From Nitrospirales bacterium (GTDB taxonomy: Bacteria; Nitrospirota; Nitrospiria; Nitrospirales; UBA8639), in assembly GCA_963555755.3 (NCBI GenBank), contig OY820905.2:1024001-1088000 (forward strand): a stretch of DNA of 64,000 nucleotides, given 5' to 3'. The notes below the pieces were generated by a model. The model saw only the letters and a program-made list of their open reading frames with translations. It did no database searches and was not told the DNA's origin. Positions 56,174-64,000 of the stretch are shown piece after piece (the stretch's first letter is position 1; every line of letters begins with the position of its first letter). A program made the position numbers and the translations under genes.

Positions 56174-58834
56174 TCAGGTATCCTTCCACCAACCTCTGGC
56201 CTCCAACTCTCCAATCAAAGCCGGCAGAACAACCAACGCACAAAGAAGCGCCAAACTTAATGTCAGCGCCAGCAACATACCCAAACTCGCCAGGCCTTGA
56301 TGGCGAGAAAATCCCAACGCCCCAAAGGAAGCCATGGTTGTCAAGGCGCTAAACAACACGGCTTTGGAGGTACTACCCTGTAGGACCTGAGCCATCGAAG
56401 ACCCTTCACGTTTTCGCAGGACCAGATAGATCCCGAACGCAATACCCAGCCCCAACACTAACGGGAGCGCGACGACGTTGGCAAGATTCAGGGGAACATC
56501 CAAGAGACGAGAAGCCGCCACGGTGAGGACCATGGTCATGACGAGGGGTAATAGCACCAACAGCACTTCCCCGGGCCGTCGGAAAACCATAAACAGCAGT
56601 ACCGTAGAAGCCAGAATGGCCACCGTTGTGGCCTGCAAGCACGCATCTATTATCGCCTGCCCTCCCTCGACAATCCCTACTGGAGAACCAATGGCTCGCG
56701 GGGCAATCTGCTGAACACCTTGGGTAAACTGCCGCAACTTCTCGTTGTCATTCCCATTAAAAACGGGAAAGACCTCAATCCGTGCTCGACCATCCTTGGC
56801 GATATAATGATCCTTGAGTTGCTGAGGTAAACTCTCAAGCGCCACAGGACTCGCGTTCATGAGTTTTCTCAATCGGTCGAGCCATGTGGGAAAGTTTCCA
56901 ATCAGTCGTGTACGAAGCTCTTGCAACGCGTCAGGGGCCCATCCAGAACTGGTTCCAAAACGATCCAACGATGTTGCCAGAGTTTCTACGCTAGCCACAA
57001 AATCCTGCCCCCAAATTGGTGTGGCCTGATCAACCAACCGTTGTTTGAAATCTTGAACGACCTGAACTTCTTCTGCATGCTTGGGAGGTGGAAGAGGATC
57101 AACTGGTGTGAGAACAGGATCAAGCACTAAGGCCATATCATCGATAATAGTCAACTTTTCCTCTTGATCGTCCGGTACAAAATTGGACAGGGTGAGCGCA
57201 CGATCTACTACATCCAATTGTTTCAAGCGAGCCGCCAACTCATTGGCTTCCGCCAGATTTTGAGCCACCACCTGGATGACATACGGTGACGTATCCGGAT
57301 CTTCAAGAAGCTCTTGAAATGTTGAGACACCTTCGGTGTTTGGATCCCGAAGGTGAAGAGGATTGAAATCAAATCGAAGCAATGGGAGCGCAGCGACGGC
57401 TGCTAGGGTGATAGGAGCCATCAGGAACAAAATAGGTCTTCGATAGCGAAGGACAAAAGGGACCTGTGTCCTCACTTCCTTCTCCGATTGATCACGGGAT
57501 TTTTGAGATTGGGATCGTGGAATGGGCAAGACCGTTAACAACGCGGGGAAGAATGTCACGTTGGCGAACAAGGCCAAAAACATTCCTCCACCAGCAATCA
57601 ATCCCAGCTCCGCAAAGCCCCGGTAAGCCGTGGGCAAAAATGAGAAAAAACTCAGGGCGGCAGCAATGGCCGAAAGGGTGAGTGCCCCCCCTACCCCACC
57701 CGCTGCTTGACGAAGCGCGACATCGTGAGCACCTAAGCGATCAAAGGCTTCCCGATACCGCATGCCAAATTGAATACCGAAATCAACACCAAGCCCAATG
57801 AACAAGACCGGAGCCGCAGCAGAGATAAAATTCAATGATCCAATGGCAAACACCGCAAAGGCCCCGGTCCAAATCAATCCCACAATTAGGGTCGCCAACA
57901 TCGCGCCTACAAGCCGGACCGAACGTAACCCAAGAAGCAAAATAATACAGACCATGGAGATCGACATCATTCCAGCGAGGCTCGCCCCCTGCGAAAGTGT
58001 CTCACGTTCCTCGGTCTCAATGGGAATGGTGCCGGTCATCCGAACACGGACCTCAAATATTTCTTCCAATCCCTTGCTCTGCTGCCGGATAAATTCCATT
58101 GGCCCACCCGCCCCCTCCATCGTCGAATAGTCGAGACGGGGTTTGGTCAGCAGAAACCCTCGCTTAGGATCGCCGTGTTTCGTCACATCATCAAGCATGG
58201 CTTCTTTCCAAGACGACGAATTTGGTTTGCCAGCAATTTGCGCTTCAATGGATTCACTCAGCAAATCAAAGACCTTGGCCAACACCATTTGTTCATCGGC
58301 ATTCGGCTGTTCATCTAATGCCAGGGTCAGCATGGAAAAAAGCCCACGAAGGCTGGGATCATGCACGAGAGTACCCAAAAAGGGTTCCCATTTACTGAGG
58401 CGCTCATCTAAATTCCAAAGCTCATCCGTATTGAGATAGAGCAGCCCATAGGTATCAAAAAATTCTCCTTGTGCGGGATCGTAGACTGACGAAAATAACG
58501 CCGGTTGGCCCCTAAGATCTGCCGCTAATTGGCGAACAGCATTTCTCACACCGTCCGTTGTTCCTTGATCAATGACAACCACAATCAGATTGTCCAGTTC
58601 AGGAAAGGCCGAGACAAAGTCTTCATCTAAATGCCGAAAGGGAAGATCGGGGTCCAGCAAATTGAGAGGATTGGTATCAAGCGTCAGATTGTTTACGGTA
58701 TACACGAAGAGAAGCCCGGTGACGATCAATAGGCCAATGACTACCCAGATCGCCAATCGACGACAAAGATCCACAAGTTGCACTAAAAACTGTTGATAAA
58801 CCACCGCAACGCGATCAAGCAGAGAACTCATCAC
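56174..58834 (-). CDS. hpnN: HpnN-like MMPL/RND hopanoid transporter
   Basis: IGLGVDFGIQF..RYRE, DFNPLHLRDP.TEGV, DDQEEKL, LVLGLGI. Confidence 0.85.
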   Translation of the reverse strand: MMSSLLDRVAVVYQQFLVQLVDLCRRLAIWVVIGLLIVTGLLFVYTVNNLTLDTNPLNLLDPDLPFRHLDEDFVSAFPELDNLIVVVIDQGTTDGVRNAVRQLAADLRGQPALFSSVYDPAQGEFFDTYGLLYLNTDELWNLDERLSKWEPFLGTLVHDPSLRGLFSMLTLALDEQPNADEQMVLAKVFDLLSESIEAQIAGKPNSSSWKEAMLDDVTKHGDPKRGFLLTKPRLDYSTMEGAGGPMEFIRQQSKGLEEIFEVRVRMTGTIPIETEERETLSQGASLAGMMSISMVCIILLLGLRSVRLVGAMLATLIVGLIWTGAFAVFAIGSLNFISAAAPVLFIGLGVDFGIQFGMRYREAFDRLGAHDVALRQAAGGVGGALTLSAIAAALSFFSFLPTAYRGFAELGLIAGGGMFLALFANVTFFPALLTVLPIPRSQSQKSRDQSEKEVRTQVPFVLRYRRPILFLMAPITLAAVAALPLLRFDFNPLHLRDPNTEGVSTFQELLEDPDTSPYVIQVVAQNLAEANELAARLKQLDVVDRALTLSNFVPDDQEEKLTIIDDMALVLDPVLTPVDPLPPPKHAEEVQVVQDFKQRLVDQATPIWGQDFVASVETLATSLDRFGTSSGWAPDALQELRTRLIGNFPTWLDRLRKLMNASPVALESLPQQLKDHYIAKDGRARIEVFPVFNGNDNEKLRQFTQGVQQIAPRAIGSPVGIVEGGQAIIDACLQATTVAILASTVLLFMVFRRPGEVLLVLLPLVMTMVLTVAASRLLDVPLNLANVVALPLVLGLGIAFGIYLVLRKREGSSMAQVLQGSTSKAVLFSALTTMASFGALGFSRHQGLASLGMLLALTLSLALLCALVVLPALIGELEARGWWKDT

Positions 58835-59167
58835 GATCTCAACATTCCTCCAAATACCGAAGCCTGTTTCATCCTAAAAACGATCATGACATGTAAGGGT
58901 CCGTCACCCATCGAGTGAGAGTCCATTCGCCCTGAGCGCCGCAGCTCCCGAGGCAGTCGAAGGGTCCGGAAATCGCCAACCGCCGGTTTGAGATTCATCG
59001 ACAACATCCGGCTTCAACAGATTCACATCCTTTGCCCAGAACCAATTGAAGCCTCGCACCCTCATGGTATCCCGTAAGAGAGTGACATTCTTTGCCCAAG
59101 AAGGCCAAACGCATCGCGCAATTTTCAAAGCCGTCAAATGTGAATGGTGAAAGGAGTTAACCGGGGA

Positions 59168-59324
59168 GGGTTCGCGCAAGAATAACTTTCTCTGTTTGGG
59201 TGCTGAGACGCCTGTCTGGCAAGGCGCGAGGACTGCGCATACTCCTCGTATGGAAAGGACGAGCAACGCCGCCAGACAGGATGGATCGACGCCCAAACAG
59301 AGGAAGTTATTCTTGCGCGAGCCC
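59168..59324. mobile_element. 157-bp MITE (GGG(T/C)TCGCGCAAGAATAAC family)
   Basis: Terminal IR; homologous to 54143-54294. Confidence 0.85.
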
Positions 59325-59459
59325 TACGTAGAACAGGCATGCGATCTCGGATTATAAACAGCGACCTAAACATTTTTCCATTTATTGAAAATACGCTTCA
59401 CGACTGTTGAGATAGTGTACCACACAATAAAAATTTCTACATCCCAGGCCCAAGACGAT

Positions 59460-61362
59460 CAGGGCTATTTCATATTAGAGTGTAACTTCATAAATAATAA
59501 GGAATAATCGATTTAGGCTGGCTTTTTCTTTTCGTTTGAGGCATACTCTTTTTCATGCCAGACGAATCCCCAAGCGGACAGCCGGACATCGATCTGGGGC
59601 AAGTGGTGGTTCGCCCAATTGTCCGGGACGAGAAGGACACCTTCAAGACCCTGCTCGACAGACATCACTACCTCGGGTCTGCCCCGCTGATTGGCCCATC
59701 GATCCAATACCTCGCCTGTGTGCAGGATCGCTGGCTGGCCTTGCTGGTGTTTGCGGCGGCGGCCCTCAAATCGAAACCGCGCGACCACTGGATCGGCTGG
59801 CCCCCCTGTTTTCACTGGCAACGCCTCCATTTACTAGCCAACAACACCCGGTTTCTCATCCTGCCGGGCTGTTCGCAAAAGAACCTTGCCTCGAAAGTCC
59901 TGTCGCTCTGCACGAAACGGATCACGGCTGATTGGCAAATGTGCCACGGCTACCCCGTGCTCCTCTTAGAAACCTTCGTCGATCCTGCCCGCTTCACCGG
60001 GACCTGCTATCGAGCCGCCGGGTGGCAGGAGCTCGGGCTGACCCGAGGGTTTCGCAAGGCCAATACGCGGTATGTTCCGCATGACCGCCCCAAACGAATT
60101 CTGGTCAGAAGTCTGCATCCCCAAGCCCGAGCGATCCTGGCCCGCCCGATGTTGGAGCCGCTCTATCAGAAAGGAGAGGTACCTCAGATGCGATTGAATG
60201 CCAAGCAGACGAACTCCCTGTTTACCTATGTGGTGCAATTGACCGATCCACGCAATTTGCAAGGGCAACGACACACCCGACGCGCCCTCACCGCGATCAT
60301 GTTCTGTGCCACCTTGTGCGGCGCCGATGGCTATGAAGCGATCTCGGACTGGGCCCAGCAGTTATCTCAGACGATGCGCAAGCGGCTGGGATGCACCAAA
60401 CGAGGGGGCCGCTACCTCGTCCCGAGCCGCAGCACACTCTACCGATTTATCTCGGCCGTCGACCCCTGGGAAGTCGACACCCTGCTCGGCCGGTGGCTGG
60501 ACACCTTTGGGGGGGAGGATCAGGGCATCGCCATTGATGGCAAGACCATGCGGGGGACTTCGAAGGTCCCGAGCGAACAGACCCATGTCCTCAGCGCCGT
60601 CACCCATGACGAGGGGCGCCACCTCACCCCAAAAAAGTCGACACCAAGACCAATGAGATCCCCTGCGTGCGTCCCTTATTAGATGAGCTGGAGATCGAAG
60701 GGAAGGTCATCACGGCGGATGCGCTCCTCACCCAGAAAGAGATCGCAAATTACCTTGTGCAAGAACGCGGGGCCGACTTCGTCTTCACCGTCAAGGGGAA
60801 CCAGCCGACCTTGAAGCACGACATTGAGGCCTTGGATTTGACCGCACAACGATGTGATGATGAGACGACCGATAAGGGCCATGGGCGAATCACGATCCGC
60901 AGGATCTGGTGCGACGACTCCCTGAATGCCTCTGTCACCTTTCCCCATGTGCAGCAAGTCTTCTGCATTGAGAGGGAAGTCGCGCATCTCAAGAAGGGCA
61001 TCACGACGGTAGATACCGTATGCGGAGTCACAAGTCAGTCACCAGCGAAGGCCTCGCCGAAGAAAATCCTCTCGCAAAACCGGAAGCATTGGAGTGTGGA
61101 GAATAAGCAGCATTATGTGTTGGATGTCACCTTTGATGAAGACCGGAGTCAGATCCGACGGCTCAATGGCCCGATGGTCATGACCTGTCTGCGACGCTAT
61201 GCCATCAGTCTCTTACGCGTGAAAGGCCAAACCAATATCGCGCAGGCGTTTCGATGGCTCTGGGCCAAGCCCCATGTAGCCATCCGCATGGCTCTGCCCT
61301 GAAAAAGTGATCAAAAAAAACTCATGGAATCCCTTGCTTATAAAAAGAATGAAATGGCCCTG
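59460..61362 (+). mobile_element. ISAs1-family element with DUF4338 fusion
   Basis: IRs CAGGGCTATTTCAT / ATGAAATGGCCCTG; no TSD seen. Confidence 0.85.
59555..61302 (+). CDS. DUF4338-ISAs1 transposase, two ORFs joined by a -1 frameshift at 60631-60637
   Basis: HHYLG, NNTRFLILP, LETFVD..RF.GTCYRAA.W; DPR, IAIDGKT; TNEIP, ITADAL, VKGNQ, HWSVEN..H..DVTF.ED. Confidence 0.85.
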
Positions 61363-61647
61363 CCTTCCTATTGTGTGCCCGGGACAAAGTGAAGGCATGA
61401 GGGGGTTAGCCTCTTCATTGGGTATGAGGGAGACTTCATCTCATGCGAATTCCAGCCACGATTTCGGAACTACCTTATTATCCCAGTTCCCAAGAATACG
61501 TGACCAATACAACTGTCTTGAAATTCAAAATAGGGAACTTCCGACGTTCCTTCCTACTCATGCCTCGCTAAAAGATCTTTTCTTCAAAGTCATGGTCTTA
61601 TATTGGTCTCCAATAGAAGATTGCCTGGCTCTGATGTACTCTTAACG

Positions 61648-62067
61648 TTAAAAAGGCCAAAAACCTACTTTGTCTGTTTCATTGGACGGAGGAAAGTTCA
61701 GGTCTTGGGTGACCCACTTAGGGTCAAAGGCAATCAACAATACATCCGTACCAGCATTACTTTGGCCAATACTCAGAGGAGGAGACACAGGGCTCCAAAG
61801 ACGAAGCAACACCCCAAAGTCAATTCTTAAAAACTTTGTTGTCTTAAAGTGGTACTGAAACCAAAGATGGTCAGAGGTCCCCAAAATTTCATCGGGGGCG
61901 CCCAATTGGGACACGACTTCTTGCATTGTAGTCTTGCCAGACTTGATAAAGGCCACGTCTTCTGGACGGATGGGATCATTGACAACGACTTTTCGAAATT
62001 CACAACCTATAAGAAGTGAAGGCAGGAGAAGACATCCAATAATTACTGAGAGACGATTCATGTGCAT
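61648..62067 (-). CDS. Lipoprotein with SmpA/OmlA (BamE-like) motif
   Basis: LIGC; IKSGKTT.QEV..LGAP. Confidence 0.75.
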   Translation of the reverse strand: MHMNRLSVIIGCLLLPSLLIGCEFRKVVVNDPIRPEDVAFIKSGKTTMQEVVSQLGAPDEILGTSDHLWFQYHFKTTKFLRIDFGVLLRLWSPVSPPLSIGQSNAGTDVLLIAFDPKWVTQDLNFPPSNETDKVGFWPF

Positions 62068-62074
62068 GACTAAC

Positions 62075-62503
62075 CTATTCCCCAAATGGCCATATTTGGA
62101 ATTGGAGATTGGGACTGCGTTTCCCATACACCAGTTCCTCCACAATCCCTTTTTCATTAAAAAATACATACACATGATCACTCGTGATATTCATCCGTGA
62201 TAAAAACAGGAAGTATCCTAATTTACTATCAAAGCGACGATAGTGAAAAATTTCATATCCGCTTACGTCCAGAATTTCTATGGGGGCGCCAAGGAGAATT
62301 GCCACACGTTCCCGGGTTGAACTCCCCTTATGGATAAGTGCGATATCTTCATCTTTGAAAGCTTCCCCTACATTTCCTCGAACAAATACACAGCCCGGGA
62401 GGAACAAGAAGGAAAGAATCAATGCCAAAACCAAGCAGGAATGGCGGGATGGATGGGGAAACTGTCCAGTACATAGGGAACTTCTAGTAAATTTTTTGTC
62501 CAT
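62075..62503 (-). CDS. Lipoprotein with SmpA/OmlA (BamE-like) motif
   Basis: LPGC; G.STRERV..LLGAP. Confidence 0.75.
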   Translation of the reverse strand: MDKKFTRSSLCTGQFPHPSRHSCLVLALILSFLFLPGCVFVRGNVGEAFKDEDIALIHKGSSTRERVAILLGAPIEILDVSGYEIFHYRRFDSKLGYFLFLSRMNITSDHVYVFFNEKGIVEELVYGKRSPNLQFQIWPFGE

Positions 62504-63256
62504 AAGATTTCCTTGAAAGTAAAAAAAGTTGCCACTATACCCTGTGTCTACATATCAGGGAAGTTACTGTTCCCCAAGAAAAACCCAAAAATTATGGCTG
62601 CCATTACCTCATAACTCAAAAATTAAGGCAAGGGCTAATTCTTTCATTTAGGAAGAGGTCCCATGAGATGCCCAAAGTATTCCCTCATGATTACACGGTC
62701 CCCTCCAAAAGAAGTTTTATGCCACTCACTCGCCAATTTCATAAAGAGGCAATGGCATACATCAAATATTTGGGGGTCTATATTGAGCACAAGATGAAAA
62801 TACTTTTGAGATTTTACAATGAATCGACTTCCTCAGAGGAAGAAAGATTATTGCCGAGGAGTGCAAATTTATGAGAAGGAAGGCTAGAGCCCTTCACGTA
62901 TAAAAGGGAAGCCTTGGTTTCAGCTGCCCGTTGGTTATCAAAAAACGGAGGCACAACAAATGAGTCAAATCTTGGCAAACAAGCCTTCACCTTTTCCGAA
63001 AAATTTGATAATAATGGTTACTTTTCCTCAGTATACACATTCGCAGTTTTTAGAATTGAAAAGAGAATCTTTTTTGCCAACCCGACTTTTTGGGTTTTTC
63101 ATTTTTGATTTCAGATGATATTTTTGGAACCACGCCAACATGATTTCCTTTGGACCTCTTTAAGTTGGCCTACGACCTCATGATTCTATCGATAACTTTG
63201 AAACCTACAAACTAAGGAAGCAGGGAATTTAGTAATGTGGTCATAAGGGGTGTATT

Positions 63257-64000
63257 TTGACTAGGCAACCATCTCCAGGCAATGGTCCCGGGAAGGCTAC
63301 TTCCGAGTCAAGGCCAAATCGCTTTGCCTGGGAATTAAGAAAGCCAGCTTTTTATCCCATTCAAGTCCGACATCTTGAGGTGTCCCAGGTTGCCGACATT
63401 TTGCAATCCCCTCAAAACTGCATTGCCGGACTTGTTTGCTTTGGTGAACCTCTTTCCTTTATTGGTCAAGAAACGGATCAGATTCCGGTAACAAACATAC
63501 CCCTGAGACCATTCAAGAAGGAGTCGATTGTTGAAGTGTGGTTGGGGGAGCATCCTTTTATGTATGTCCAAGAAAAGGGACTTCAAGTTGCCTGCAACCC
63601 ACATTATCTTTTTGGATCAGTGCAAGTATGGGAATCGTCAGCGCTCTCGCTAGAAGATCTCACTTGTGAAACCTATCAATTAATCTTGGATCAGATCTCG
63701 GAACTGGGCTATCCTCATCTTTTTCGTGTGTGGAATTACTTCCCAGAAATTAACCTCACAAATCATGGTCTTGAGCGATATCAGCAGTTTTGTAAAGGGA
63801 GGCATCGAGCCTTTTCCTACCGGACAAAGGAATTCCAAGCCATTCTTCCTGCAGCCACAGCCGTGGGAACTCCTAGCGGGTCTTTGCAGATTTATTTCCT
63901 GGCCGGCAAACAACCTGGCAATCATGTCGAAAACCCTCGCCAACTGAGCGCCTATGAATACCCTGACCTTTATGGACCGAAAAGCCCATCTTTTGCTAGA
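63257..64000 (+). CDS. FkbO/Hyg5 (XanB2-like) chorismatase-family protein, runs off the window end
   Basis: Manual translation: YPHLFRVWNYFPEIN, ERYQQFCKGRH, LPAATAVG, ENPRQLSAYEYP..YGPKSPSFAR; TTG start after AAGGGG. Confidence 0.85.
   Translation, partial: MTRQPSPGNGPGKATSESRPNRFAWELRKPAFYPIQVRHLEVSQVADILQSPQNCIAGLVCFGEPLSFIGQETDQIPVTNIPLRPFKKESIVEVWLGEHPFMYVQEKGLQVACNPHYLFGSVQVWESSALSLEDLTCETYQLILDQISELGYPHLFRVWNYFPEINLTNHGLERYQQFCKGRHRAFSYRTKEFQAILPAATAVGTPSGSLQIYFLAGKQPGNHVENPRQLSAYEYPDLYGPKSPSFAR

Noticed and set aside
58904..59373. Gene disrupted by the 59168 MITE
   Set aside because: Could not reconstruct a convincing continuous frame or recognise a family
59555..60682. Druantia anti-phage system
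   Set aside because: DUF4338 is inside an IS and no DruE helicase or other dru genes are present

Overview
Bacterial chromosomal window. Gene content and repeat types suggest a Nitrospirota/Nitrospirales-like organism (inference only). The core backbone includes a CNNM/TlyC protein, ligA, a MoxR ATPase with partner, a RluA-family synthase, kynA-kynU, ACT-malic enzyme, TIGR03545/03546, ampG, hicAB, secA, hopanoid/Mla lipid transport and a chorismatase-like ORF running off the end. It is heavily colonised by mobile DNA: two group II introns, IS4/IS6/IS1595/ISAs1/IS3-type elements and more than 15 MITE copies from about 8 families, most with readable target-site duplications (TSDs). Main highlights: (1) A TonB-TPR-TonB-ExbBD-thioredoxin-outer-membrane barrel-cytochrome c cluster with two small His-rich CxxxC...RGPP ORFs resembling CruR/DUF2946 ribosome-arrest metal sensors, and no classical TonB-dependent receptor. 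(2) A nested stack at 1-5100. Domain V of one group II intron is hit both by a second intron whose EBS1 matches domain V and by an IS I cannot assign (24-bp perfect TIRs, 9-bp TSD, ~590-aa apparent DDD transposase); that IS carries a MITE inside a MITE. (3) Two 5'-less beta-propeller adhesin paralogues fused head-to-head between 155-bp inverted repeats. (4) A PRMT-like methyltransferase. (5) A MITE inserted in frame into the signal peptide of an MlaC/HpnM gene. All calls were made by eye from sequence motifs; no database searches were run.
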